Positions 22,467 through 35,897 of a stretch of DNA of 64,000 nt are shown in pieces. Position numbers and translations under genes: made by a program. The notes beneath the pieces were generated by a model. It was not told the origin of the DNA and ran no database searches. It worked only from the letters and a program-made list of their open reading frames with translations. The stretch covers positions 124,001 through 188,000 of the forward strand of contig LSRY02000029.1 in the NCBI GenBank assembly GCA_001643675.2, read 5' to 3'. How positions within the stretch are numbered: position 1 is the stretch's first letter; every line of letters starts with the position of its first letter. This DNA comes from Monocercomonoides exilis PA203 (lineage: Eukaryota > Protista > Preaxostyla).

Positions 22467-22592
22467 ATTTGTTAAATAATTGTAGTTCAAATTGAAAATG
22501 TTCATCAATCGTTTCAAGAGTCATTGTTTAACAAAAAAAGAAAAAAAAAAGGAAAAGGCATCATTTAACAGATCTTTTTTCAGTGTTCATTT

Positions 22593-22861
22593 GGGGCAAA
22601 ATATTTTATTTCAGGCATTTTCATTGAAAAATTATACATTTTCTATTAACTTTTTTTGATCAAAAAACATTATAAAAATGGTTCCATTTTTTTGACATTC
22701 GTGAAATATTGGAAAACTTTATATTTTGATTTCTACGAAACCTGTAAACAGATAAGAAAAACAAAAATTTTTTGAAATCCGATAAAGTTTAAAAATGTAA
22801 TAAGCGAAACAATTTTTTCACGTTTTGTGCACAAAAAGCTTGAAAGTCAATATTTTACACC
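22593..22861 (+). mobile_element. MITE family B (269 bp)
   Basis: GGGGCAAAATATTTTATTTCAGGCATTTTC ... GCTTGAAAGTCAATATTTTACACC; ATTT on both sides (22589-92, 22862-65). Confidence 0.85.
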
Positions 22862-23225
22862 ATTTAAGACTATTCATATCAAAAATTCAATCAAAAATTA
22901 TTGATTGAAAAAATATGGTTTCAAAAATAATCATTCAATTAATGAAAAGAAAAATAAATTATTGTGATTATTCTGTGAAAATTCACATTGCTTATTATCA
23001 CAATCGGATATGATCACATAAAGTTGTGCTAAACCTGTTGAAATAATAGCTAGTTTTGACTGAATAATGTTGTTTTTTTCATAAAAAATTTGGAATTTCA
23101 TTAAAGCGCTAATTGGATGGATTTTATTATTTGAACAATCATTAGAAACGAAGGCTTTTCAATAAATGGTCATTATGAAATTTTCTTTTTTATCAGAAAA
23201 ATCTTTTCAATTTTCGAAAAATGCG

Positions 23226-23228
<3 letters not shown>

Positions 23229-23283
<55 letters not shown>
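23229..23283. repeat. Poly(T) tract, 55 nt
   Basis: Direct count; intergenic, ~190 bp upstream of the next predicted start. Confidence 0.95.
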
Positions 23284-23284
<1 letters not shown>

Positions 23285-23475
23285 ATAAATCGCAAATTAT
23301 TATATTTCAGGTTCAAAGATATTTTTTCTTTTTTTCCTTGAATTCTTTCAATCGATGTGCCAAATATGATTTTGACCCACATCATTGAATATTGGATTTT
23401 TTTATTTGTGTCAGTTTGCATGAAGGCTCTTTTTGACAGATCAATTTCAAGAATTTTAGGAATACATCAAATTCC

Positions 23476-26408
23476 ATGGAACCTGAAAATTTAACATTTG
23501 CAATTTATCAGAAATTACAACACGTATTTGAATTTATCCTTGTTTGCTTCTTAAAACCCCATGAATGCTTTCAACAAAGCTTTTGAATGTATTCTCTTTC
23601 AAAAGTTTATTTTTTTCTCCACAAGACATTTTTCACCCACAAACCAGAATTGAATAATAAGAAAAACATTTAATATTTATTCTCATAAAAAATTTTGTCA
23701 TCAGAAAAAAAATTGGGGCTTTCTTGATCAAACAAAGAATTTTGTTAATTATTCTTGGGATTGATTGAAAGCTAGATATTTCAACTATTCTAGCAAATGG
23801 ATACAAAAATACCCGTTGCATCTGTCAATCATATTTTTCAACAAATTGACAATTCTATTGTTTCTTCTTCATTTACAACAACTGCAACAAGTTTGTTCGT
23901 ATCCTCTCATTCGGATGGGTTGAATCGTTTTATAAAGAAAGTTAAAGTGTGATTTAATAAAATATGTATTGTAAAAATCTTTCATCTCATCAATTTTTTA
24001 AAGATAATTGTTTCAAATAAAATGCCTCCTGACCAATTTCTTACAAATCAGATTGATACCCTGCATAGCAAAATTCAAGAACTTCCAACTCCTTTCGCTT
24101 GCGATCAAATTTTGAAAACTATTTCTCAAACCATAAAAACTTTGTTACTCATTCAGCAGTTTGTAAATACTTTTTATTGAATGTTAATGAATTCATTTGG
24201 TTTTTTAGGCATCGCAAAGATGCATCAGATGCACATCCTAATCAAGCAATAGGTGAAAATCTTCAAATTCAACCAACACCAATCTCTTCTACTCAATCTT
24301 CAGATTCGTTACCTGGAACTTCATCTCCAGGAAGTTCAAAGTTCGTGCAAAATATGCCACCACAAAAGTCTTTGGAGCAGATGATATCTCAACAGAGCTC
24401 TGAAAAGAGAAGTTCCTTTTTCTCACCAGCTCAGGCAAACAAACCGCAGTATCAGTCGCGCTTTGTTGCACCTTCCGCGAATAAAGCAGCAACCCCACAT
24501 CAGTTTCAATCAAGATTCATAGCGCCACCAACCCCATTTGCTGCTCTCCCACAGCCTGTGCCAGGCACCCAGTCGTCGCAGCTGATACAGCAAGCTCAGC
24601 AGCTCCCTGTTCAAAGCCCTTCAGCTGCCTCTCCATGTCCTCCCTCTGCAACTGCTTCTCCTGCCCAGCAATCCAAAGACACTGGCATTTCATCTGCAAT
24701 TCTCGCTGCTGCTGAGTCTCGTTCGCTTGCTGTTGCAAATGGATACCCTTCTGCAACAGAAGCTAACAATCTTTCCTCTTCTTCTCTTACTTCTCTTTCT
24801 TCTTCTGCTTCTTCTGCTTCTTCTTCTTCTTCTGCAACAACTGCTTCTATTTCCAATGCAATTGCTTCTTCCTCCTTATCCTCATCATCCTCATCCTCTT
24901 CTCTTTCATCATCATCTCCTTCCCCCTCTTCCTCCTTTCCCCCCTCTTCCTCTTCCTCTTCCTTCTCCTCATCCTCTTCTTCCTCTTCCTCCTCTTCTTC
25001 TTCCAGAGTCATCGACACCCCATCGTTTGACGTGCAGTCCCCACTCATGACTCCCTCAGCTGTGCCTCCGTCGCATCTCCCGCCTTCTTCCTTCACTCCA
25101 ACTGCCCCTTCGCCTTCTCTCCATTGTGTCACCCCGTCTTCCTCTGCCTGCCCTTCAGCTTCACCTTCAGCTTCACCTTCTCCTGCTCCTGCTTTCTCCA
25201 CAACACACCAGGACTCTCTTGCTGCTTTGGATGCTTCAACTGCTTCAGCTGCAAATTCTTCTTCTTCCTATCAAAACACTTCCTTTTCCTCTTCTTCCTC
25301 CTCCTCCTCCTCATCATCATCATCATCAATGGATGCAAATGCTTCTTCTCCTCCCACTCCACTCACTTCTTCTGGATATAACTCACCCCATGTCTTCTCC
25401 TCAACAATTTCTTCTTCTTCTTCTCCTTCTCTTTTTCTTTCCTCCTCAACTTCCTCTTCCTCTTTATCTAAACTCCAACCTCTATCTCAACATCAATCTC
25501 AATCTCATACACCTTCTCCTTCTTCTCCTTCTCCTTCTCCTTCTCCCTCTCCTTCCCCTTCACCCTCTCCTTCTTCTCCCTTTCCTTCATCTTCTTCTTC
25601 TCACCCTCTTCTCCAAAACAACCCACAATCAAATCTCTTCCAAAAAGCAGAATCTGTTTTGCCGGCAGCCGATGCGCCGCTTTCGCTGCTGCCGCGTGTT
25701 TTGCCGGCAGGTGCAAGAATTACTCCGAATGCGAAAGAAAGAGAGAAATGGAGGAAGATGATGATGAAGGAGAAATTGGAAGGAGAAGGAGGAGAAGAGG
25801 GAGAAGGAGAAGAAGGAGAAGAAGGAGAAGAGGGAAAAAAAGAAGGAAATGAAAGAAATAATAATAATAATAATAATAGTAACAATAACAGTAATAATAA
25901 CAGAAATGAATTCAATGAAATGCAAACGATGGAAGAAGCCAACAAACAGAAAGAGAAGCAGAGAAAGGAAAAAATGGCAAGGGCGCTGAACAGAAGGTGT
26001 TGTGTGACATTTCAACAGACTTCACTGAAAAGAAGCAGAATGTATGAAAACAGAGTGAATGAGAAATTATCACAGAGAAGAGGAAAAGAAGAAAATGAGG
26101 AGGAGGAGGAGGAGGAGAAGGAGAAGGAGAAGGAGAAGGAGAAGGAGAAGGAGAAGGAGAAGGAGAAGGAGAAGGAGAAGGAGAAGGAAAAGGAGAAGGA
26201 GGAAGAGGAAGAGGAAGAAGAAGAAGAAGAGGAAGAGGAAGAGGAAGGAGGGAGAAGAGGAAGAAGAAATGAAGAAGGAAATGAAGAAATGAATAGAGAA
26301 ATAAAAGAAAATGCTGTTAAAAGCAATAAATTGAACAATAGACAATTAGATGCAATTGTGAAGGAAGTTGATAGAAATGCGATTTCTTCTTCTTCTTCTT
26401 CTTCTTCT

Positions 26409-26464
<56 letters not shown>

Positions 26465-27095
26465 TTCTTCTTCCTCTTCTTCCTCTTCCTCCTCCTCCTC
26501 CTCCTCCTCCTCCTCCTCCTCCTCCTCTTCTTCTTCTTCTTTTGATGAAGGAGAAAATGACTTCTCTTTGTTTCAGTCTTTTAGTCGCTCCATGTTTTAT
26601 CCATTTGATATCACATTTTCACCTTCTTCTTCTCTTTCTTCCTCCTCTTCTCTTTCTCCTTCTCTTTCTTCTCCTTCTCTTTCTTCTTCGATTTCATCAT
26701 CGTTATCATCATCTTCTTCTTCCTCTGCTTCTTCTTCTTCCTCTTCCTCTTCTTCTTCCATATTTTCTTCCATTCTTTCTCCCTTTTCTTCCTCTTCATT
26801 TCCTTTCTCTTATTCTTATCCAAACACCACAATCACACAACACATCACTCTTCGTCCACAACTTAATTCTTCTTCTCTTTCTTCTTCTTCCCCTTCTTCG
26901 TATTCTTCTTCTTCATCGTCAGCTTCTTCACCTTCTTCGTATTCTTCCTCCACCTCCTCCCCCTCTTCTTCTTCTTCTTCTGATAATTCATCATCTTCAG
27001 TCACTTCAACAGAGTTATCATCAACAGCATCTTCTTCTTCTTCTCCAAAAGAAAACAATCTGAACAACAATATCTCATCTGAATCACAGTCATCC

Positions 27096-27131
<36 letters not shown>

Positions 27132-29285
27132 CCTCTTTCTCTCCTCTCTGACAAGCAGCAGATGCTCCGCCGCGCCAAAAAGCTTCAAAAAGACGAGCTG
27201 CAACAGATACAGCACAAAATAAGAGCAGCCAAATCGTTCGAAGAGAGAGAAAGAAGAAGGAAGAGAAGAGAAGAGAAGAGGAAACAGAGGGAAATCGAAT
27301 GGGCAGAGCGGATTGAGCGAGAAAAGAAGGCGAGTGCGATGTGGGAGAGGGAGAGGAGGAGGGAAGAAGGGGAGATGAAGAAGAGAGTGCAGGAGATAGC
27401 GGCGAAGGGAGGAGCAGAGGGAAGAAGAAGAAGAAGAGGTGAGGAAGAAGAAGAAGAAGAAGAAGAAAATGATGTTAATGATTGGAATGAAGGAGAAAGA
27501 GGAGGAGGAGAAAGAGAAGAAGGAGGAATATTGAGAAAGCGATCGTTTGGATGGAATGGGTTGAGAAACATAAATTCTTCCTCTTCTTCTTCCTCTTCTT
27601 CCTCTCTCTCTTCATCATCACCATCACCATCTTCTTATTCTTCCTCTTCTCCTTCTTTCTCTTCCACCTCTTGCTATGCCTTCTTCAACAACAGCAGCGA
27701 TCACAACAGACACCAAAGAGATTTAGACAGCGCAAGATTTGCGATGAAAGAGAGAAAAAGAAGAGAAGACGAGCAAATCAAGAGTTATACTGAAGAGTTG
27801 GGAAGAAGAATAGAGAAGAAGATGGCAGAGGAGAAGAAGAGGCAGGAGAAGGAGGCAGAAGAGAAGCGGAAAGCAAACGATGCGAAGAAGAGCATGCAGA
27901 TGGCAGCATTGAGCTCAATCTTTGACACAGATGATGATGATGATGGTGATGATGATTACGACAAAGATGATGAAGGAGAAAGAGAAGAAGAAGAAGATGA
28001 TGATGATAGAGACGAAGGAAGAAAAGGAAGAGAAAGAGAAAGAGGCAAAGCTCGTCCAAAAAGAATATTTCAAACAAAAATTGGCTCGCTGCTTTCGTTT
28101 GAAGGAGTGCGCGGTGAAACAAAAGGAAGAATTCTTCAATCGCCTTCTTCTTCTTCCTTTTCTTCTTCTTCTTCTTCTTCTTCTATTTCATCTTCATCTT
28201 CATCTTCGTCTCCTTCTCCTTCTCCTTCTCTTTCATTTTCTCATTCTCTTTCTCATTCAACCCCTCTTCCTCTTCCTCTTCCCATTTCTTCTTCCTCCTC
28301 CTCCTCTTCTTCTTCTTCCCTCTCCTCCTCTTCCTTCTCTTCTTCTCTTTCTTCTTCTTCTTCCCTTTCTTCTTCTTCTTCTTCTTCTTCTCTCTCCTCT
28401 TCTCCTTCTCCTTCTTCCTCTCCCCCTCTCATCGCACTGACTGCTGCCATGAACTCCCCCTCTTCAACTCCCTTCCGATCTTCTCATCTTCCCACACCTT
28501 CTCCCGTTTTCTCTCCTGCTTTCGCTTCTGTCCTTTCTTCGCCTTCTGTCGCACCTTCCCCTATTTTCGCAGTTCCGCTGGTGCCTTCTTCGGGTTCTTC
28601 TTCTTCTTCTTCAATTTCTTCTTCTTTTTCAAATTCTTTGTCTTCTTCTTTATCTTCCTCCTCCTCTTCTTCTTTATCTTCCATTTCTTCTTCTTCCTTT
28701 TCATCTTCTCCTTCTCCATCTCCTTCTTCTCCTTCTCCCTCTGGCTTTGTCTCAGCAAGCGTCTCTTTAGCGTCATTCACAGGCACTCTTTCTACAATGG
28801 CTCCAACAGACATCAGAAGTGCATTGGATTTGGCGATGGGGAATAAAGAAGAAGAAGAAGAAGAAGAAGAAGGGAGAGGAAGAGGAGGAGGAGAAGGAGG
28901 AGGAGGAAGAAGAGAAAGAGGAAGAGAAGGAAGAAGAGAAGGAAGAGAAGGGAGAGGAAGAGGAGAAAGAGAAAGAGAAAGAGAAAGGAGAAGAGGAGGA
29001 GAAGGAGAAAATGGAATATGGAAGGAGCAAGAGAGACAAGGAAGAAGAGGAAGAAAGAATGAGAGGGAGGAAGTGAATGAAAATGTTGAAGATGAGGAAG
29101 AAGAAGCAGAAGAATATGAAGAATATGAAGAAGAAGATGAGGAATATGAAGAAGAAGAAGAAGAAGAAGACACAAGACATAGAAGGAGGGCAGGAACGAG
29201 AGGGGAAGGGAGGAGAAAGGGAGAGAAAAGGGGAAATGAAATAGCAGCGGAGCATCTGTTTAATTGGATGGATAACGATCTTTGA
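23476..29285 (+). CDS. Large low-complexity (Ser-rich / Glu-Arg-Gly-rich) protein of unknown function, multi-exon
   Basis: 1728-aa ORF joined in frame to upstream exons (MDTKIPVASV... ~23796-23946; IIVSNKMPP... 24004-24158; intron GTTTGT...TTTTAG into QHRKD). The first exon (MEPENLTF, 23476) is tentative. No recognisable catalytic motif. Confidence 0.7.
26113..26540 (+). repeat. Coding microsatellites (GAGAAG)n, (GAA/GAG)n and (TCT/TCC)n
   Basis: Encode the (EK)n, poly-E and long poly-S tracts of the 1728-aa ORF. Confidence 0.9.
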
Positions 29286-30183
29286 AAAGTGAAAAAAAAA
29301 TTGAGAGAAAAAAAAAACCATTTTTAATTTAATTTAATTTAATTTATTTTTAATTTGTGTTGTTTGATTTTGGGTGTAACTCAAAAAGAAAAGAAAAGAA
29401 AAATAAAATAAAATAAAATAAAATAAAATGCTGTATTTGAAACGAGGCTGTATGATTCATTTGTTCTATTTCAGACTGAACTTTTTTATTTATTGTTTAT
29501 TTATTTATTTATTTATTTATTTTTTATTTCAAAATTTTGAATTTTTTTGATAAAAATTCCGAGTGATTTTCATTCATTTGCAACATTTTTTCTTGGTTTT
29601 CCAAGATTAAACATCTTTTTGTGTGTTTATGTTGAAATTTAAATGTGAAAAAAAAAAGTTGATATTTTGTGATTTCTTTATCTAATTTTAATTTGTTTCT
29701 TTTTATTTGCTGTTTGAAATGTCTTTGAATTCTGATATTTTGCTTTTTCTATTTTTGCCTTTTCTTTTTCTATCTTTTGTCTTTTTATCTTTTTCTTTCT
29801 ATTTCTTTTTTCTTTTTTCCTTTAATCCTTATTCTTTTCGAAAAGATTCAGTATGCTTATTCATTTTTTAATTATAAAAATAAAATGAAGACAAAACAAC
29901 TAAATGGAGAGAGCTGTACTGTAAAATATGTATCATTAAATTCCTTTTTCCTTTCATGTCAAATTTTGTTTCTTTTTTTCTCGTTTTCTTCCTGCTTCAT
30001 AGAAAACTAAAATTTCGATTAGAAAAATAATTTTGATTTTTCTTCCACATAGTTTTTAACTTGAATCCTTCTTGATAGCGAAGAAACTGCGAAAAATGAT
30101 TTTTTATCATAAATAAACATAAAGAAAAATATTTTTCCTTTCTTTTCTTATTTTTTATTTGAACTTCAGAAAGATTTTCGCAT

Positions 30184-30184
<1 letters not shown>

Positions 30185-30218
<34 letters not shown>
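30185..30218. repeat. Poly(A) tract, 34 nt
   Basis: Direct count; lies between two convergent genes. Confidence 0.9.
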
Positions 30219-30220
<2 letters not shown>

Positions 30221-31005
30221 CTTCGTTAATGATAGAAAACACAAACATAAACAAACATAAATGAAAAACATAAAAATGTAAATTCATAAAAAACTTGCAT
30301 ACGAATTCAATAAAAACTGAACATATAAATTGTTAACTTCTATGAATTCATTCGGATAAAAAATTGTCTGAAACAAAAGAAAATGAAAAGAAAAAGAAAA
30401 AGAAAAAGAAAAAGAAAAAGAAAAAGAAAAAGAAAAAGAAGAAGAAGAATAAAAAAATTGTTTAATTTTCAAAAAAGAAGACAAAAGAGAAACAATGAAG
30501 TGACTGCGTGATGCTAAAATATAAATAAAAATGATAAAAAATAAATAAATAAATAAATAAAATAAATATGAAGCGTGATTATGAAAGGTCAGCAATTGAA
30601 GGAAATAATCGAAAATTCGTTAAAAAAAACATACATTGAATAAATGAAAAAAATTAAATGCATAAGTCGTTGCGTTTATAATTCATAAAATTTTTCAAAA
30701 AAAATATTTTTAAAAACAAAAAGTTGAAAGATACTGAAATAAATGTAACATGGAGATATCAATAACGATAACATAAATGCGAACAAATGATAAATTCAAA
30801 TTGAAAGTGCAAAATAAAACAGAAAAGTTTATTGATAAAAACATATTTCACATCCTTTTTAACACTGATTTCAACAACTTAACCAAAAACTTAAAAGAAA
30901 AATAAACATATTCAAATAAAAATGAAAAAATTAAATAAAATAAAATAAAATAAAATGAAAATGATAAATGATAAAAATCAAAAAATACATAAATCTTCTC
31001 CTCAA

Positions 31006-32170
31006 CTAAACCAACGAATATAAAGCAACCCTTGAGTTATTCGTCCAAATAAATGCCAAATAATGCACCGTCTCCACAAAAGACACACCAACCTCCAAAA
31101 TATACCTTCCTTGCACTCTTATCCTTTCTTTCTCTGCTTTCTCCATTTTTTTGTTTACAATAGCAACAGAAGAAGTTTTGTCAATTGTGGTTTTGGATGA
31201 AGAAGCAGCAGCTGCAGAAGAAGAAGAAGAAGAAGAAAGAGAAGAAGAAGAAGAAGAAGCATTAAAATCATTAGATAATTCCTTTTCCCTTTCCTTCTTC
31301 CTCCTCTTCTTCTTCTTCCTCTCCTCGCCTTCCACCAACGGCCTCCCTACAAAATGCCCCGATCCTGCCGAGCACGCCACATGCAGTGCTTCATCAGCTG
31401 ACTCAAAATCTGACCGCAAAGTGGAAGGAAACCGATGCGCATAGTTCTTATTCGACCTCACATCCGAATCAAAGAGCCTTTCTTTCCTGTTTAACGACTC
31501 ATTCTTCAAAGTCAGTCTTCTTATCACGTTCTTCGCGACCACATCAAACCCGTCTGCTTCTTCCTTCCCGTCGCTTTTCTCTGGCTTCACAACAGAATAC
31601 GGATAAACCGTGAAAAAGGGGTTGTACATCACCATTTCATTCGTCTTGAACAGAAACTGGATATACACATCAGTCTCATACTCCGCCTCGATCATCAAAA
31701 ACCTCCGAAACACCTGCTTGCTATTCGCTTTCGCCTTGTCGATCTTTCCCGCCACGCCAAACCAGCTCAGCTGATACCGCGCTGACAGCCACGGCTGCGG
31801 GATTTGCTCGATTTGGGCGACGAAGCCGAGCGGAGGAGCAATTCGGAGGGTGAAGATGGAGTTGTGCTCAATGCTGGAGAGTGGAGAGGGGGCGATGATG
31901 CGGAGATAGCGGGATTTGGAAGAGGAGGAAGATTTTGTTATTGAAGAAGAAGAAGAAGATGATGATGATGACGATGATGAAGATGATGTTTTATCAGAAG
32001 AGAATGAGTATATCATTTGTGTGGCTGACTGGTGGAAGAGGAAGTGATGTGTGGAAGGAGCATACCGCCTGTCAATCATTGTGAATGGAGAGATGGCATT
32101 TGAGGGAGAATGAGAAGAAGAAGAAGATGATGATGATGAAGATGATGATGATGAAGATGATGATGATGAG

Positions 32171-32202
<32 letters not shown>

Positions 32203-35200
32203 AGAATTTGAAGAAGAAATAGCAGAAGAAGCAACAGAAGCACTTGCTTTTTTTATCATCTCCTCAATCGATGCTGGCTGTGTCTTCAGTTCTTCAGCAT
32301 CCAAATAGAATTCAGTGAATGACTTGCTGTCAATTGTGATGGAAACATCACCTGGTTTGTCTTCTCTTGAAAGCTTAAGAAAAGGATTGGGGTAAAAAGA
32401 AGGCAAAGAAGGCAAAGAAGAAGAAGATAAAGAAGGAGAAAGAGAAGGAGAAGGAAATGAAAGAGAATTTGATTGAGATTGAGATTGAGATTGTGATTGT
32501 GAATGAATTTTCGACATTTGTCTTCGAAGAGAAGAACGAGGGGATAAAGGGAAAGGAGAAGGAGAAGGAGAAGGAGAAAAAGATGGAGGGGGAGAAAGAG
32601 AAAGAGAAGGAGAAGGTGATCGTGGTGAGCAAGGAGAAAGAGAAGCGAAGGAGGCGTTGGAAGCAGAGGTCACGAGAGAAGCAAATGATTCTTGTGAAGA
32701 TAAGAGAGGAGGAAGAATACAAGAAGAAGAAGAAGAGGAGGAAGAGGAAGAGGAAGAAGAAGAAGATGCAGAATTCGAATATGAATTTGAAAAAGAAGGC
32801 AAACGAGCATTTGGCGGAGGCTGCAAGAGAAAAGGGCGATTGGCCAGATGTTGAACAGCAAGCGGTCTTTTGTTGTGAGTCGGAGAAAGAAGACGAGCCA
32901 TCGAGGCAGTTGAAGTAAGAGAAGCAAATGAAGAAGAAGAAGAAGAAGAAGAAAGACGAGGAAGAGAAGAAGAAGAGGAGGATAAGGAAGAAGAATAAGA
33001 AGAAGGAGGATTTGAAAGCAACTTTTTTCTTGCAGTTGGTGACATCACTCTATCTTTTCGAGAGGGAGAAGTTGGAAGAGCATTAGCATCACCTCCATAA
33101 CTACCCCCATAACCAGCTCCAGCCCCAAATCCAATGCTGCTGTTACTTCTGCTATTGGGAGATAAAGCTCGTGTTCTGTTCAGAGGCGACAATAATCTTG
33201 CACTGGGAAGAGGAGAAGAAGAAGATAAAGATAAAGAAGAAGAAGAAGAAGAAGATGATGATGATGATGAGGACGAATTAGCATACAACCTTGAAGGGCA
33301 TAATAAATCGTTGTCAAGAACGAGCGTGTAGCCAGGTGAATATAATGTGCAGGTGAGGGTGGAGGTGTCAGGAACTGGGGGGATGTCAGCATAGGAAAGA
33401 TAACAACTGGAAGAAGGAGAAGAAGAAGAGGAAGAGGAAGAAAGAGAAGAGGATGATAAAGATGATAAAGATGTCAAAGAAGAAGAAGATGATGATGTGG
33501 AAGAAAAAGGTAATAGAGAAGAAGAGGAAGATATTGAAGAAGAAGAAGAAGAAGAAGTTAATGATGACGATAACAAATCTTCATTAGCAGCATTCAAACC
33601 AACTGGTCTTATTGTCACATTGAACTGCGGAGCAAACAAAACCTGTGCAATTCGAATATACGGCAGAAACGGCGATTGATCAGTCAGATTCATTGTGAAT
33701 GAGTTGTCACCAGGGCAATCGACAAGACAAGGGAAAGGAGGAGAATGAGAGAGGGCGCAGGAGAGAGACGAAAGAGAAGATGATGATGACAAAAGAGGAA
33801 ACTCATTGAAAGCAATGGATTCACTTTTATCTCTTCCTTCTCTTTCTCTTTCTCCAACTTCTCCTTTTCCCCCTTCTCCTTCTTCTCCTTCTCCTTCTTC
33901 TCCCTTTTCTCCTCCTCTTCCATGCCCCCACATCGGTGAAGCAGCCTTACAGTACGACGATGCAATCATTGTCCTTCCATTTGTCACTTTATCATTATGA
34001 ACATCATGAACATAATCATCATCATCATCATCTTCTTCTTCTTCTTCTTCTTCTTCCTCATCAGCATCCACAACAGGCAATGCCACAGATGTCCGCATCA
34101 CCACCTCTGCGCCCACGCGCGGGGCAAGCGGGAATATCAGCGGATACGGTCTTGTTTTAGAGACAATAACACACTCATTCGACTGCACAAGAGGTATTCT
34201 TGAGACAGAAATCTGTTTGTTCGAGTAAGCAGTGATGGTGAACCGCAAATCCCGCTTCCGCTTCGGCGCGTTCATCATCGACACCACCATCGTGTAGTAA
34301 CCCTCATACTCATCGTCAATCTTTTCTAGTGAATACATCCACACACGATAGAGCGTCGGATCCACCCGGTTCTCCACCACTGCCACACGGCACACAGACG
34401 GCGGATTGTCCAGCCCTCTCACTTTGCTTGGCCCATCTGCTGATTCATTCTTTTCAACACCTTCATCTGCTTTGTCACTTTCATGTTTCTCCGATTTCTC
34501 CGACCTTTCAGATTTCTCCGAATTCTCCGCGTTTTCATTGCTTTCACTGCTTTGCACAGTATGCACATGGAAGCGCAGCCCAATTGGCGGGTCAGGCGGT
34601 TCGCACTGTTCTTCATCGCTCAGGTCTTCCCAGTGCCTTTCGAGCAGAAACCAGTAAATCTGCTTCTTCTCCTTCCTCACAAGATACTGCGGGGAATACA
34701 GCGTCCTCTGCAGCTCTTCGTCAAACTGATATTTGGCCTCAAACAAGCAATGGAACTTCTGTTGCACGGGGAACAAGAGAGGAGACCAGGACACGTTGAT
34801 CGTGTGGAAGTACCTCCGCAAATCCCCCAGCCCAATGTAGAAGATGCCGTTGTCTTTGCCTTCTGCATCAGAAGCAGCAGCTGCAGCTGGGTCATAATTG
34901 AGCTTCGTCTTCAGCTCGTTCGTCCAAAACCCTCTTTTTGTGGGTGAATATGCGCCCTTCCACCCTCTTTTCCTGTTCGGCGCACGCAGCTTCAGCAGCC
35001 TTTTCCCTCCCACCTCACGAGCATCCAAGATAGCATAGCCAGTGTCTGGCACTAATCCTGTGGAAGAAATCACTTCTTCTGGCATGTCTGCATCAGTCGT
35101 GGCTGTGGCAAGCATCGTGCCTGTCGCATACGACTGCACAAGATCTGCCCAACGCTCAGCCATTTCTTCTTCGGCTGGCGGAAGTTCATTGCCATCATCA

Positions 35201-35866
35201 TCATCTTCTTCTTCATTATCATCATTGTCTTCTCCTTCTCCTCCTCCTTTTTCTCCTTTTTCTTTTCCGCTTTTGTTTTCATCTTCACTTTTGATTTTGT
35301 CTTTGTCTTTGTCTTTATCTTTGTCTTTTTCTCTTTTTTCACTTTCTTTTTTCTTCCAGAGATTCGCAAATTCATCAATTGGCTCTTTCTTCTTCCTTTT
35401 TGGTATGTCTGTTAAAAACGCCTTCTTTTTCTTATTTTTTCTCTTCTTCTTCTTCTTCTTTGAACCTCCTTTATCTTCATCATCTTCTCCCTCTCCTTCT
35501 TCATTGCTTTCTTCATCACCTTCTCCTTCTCCTCCCTCTCCCTCCTCTTCCTCTTCCTCTGGTGGCATCTCCAACCTCCACAGCTCCGGAATCCAGCCTG
35601 CCAAGAAATGCATCGTTTCTCCAGAAGGCAAGTCCCACGTTCCGTAGCTGTCGCCCCTCACTTTCAGATACGCCTTTTCCAAAAGCTGCGGCCAGATCTC
35701 GCGAGAGGAAGGAATGTGAGCACAGAGAAAAGTGCCTTCAGAATGTGGCGTTTTTTTCTTTTTCTTGTTGCTGTCTTTGAGGGGTTTTGAAGAAGAAGAA
35801 GAAGAAGAAGAAGAAGAAGAGGAGGAGGAGGAGGAGGAGGAGGAGGAAGAGGAAGAGGAAGAGGAA

Positions 35867-35897
<31 letters not shown>

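Larger units (their letters stand above)
22131..22936. mobile_element. MITE family A, degenerate copy carrying two nested family B insertions
   Basis: Ends ATTATTTTTGAAATCATCACTTTTTTCGG and GGTTTCAAAAATAATCATTC. Removing both B copies and one target copy each leaves 260 bp colinear with the reverse complement of family A. Confidence 0.7.

Noticed and set aside
23229-23283. Poly(T) tract (and poly(A) at 30185 and 43147) as retroposon tails
   Set aside because: No target-site duplication or repeated element body found next to them.
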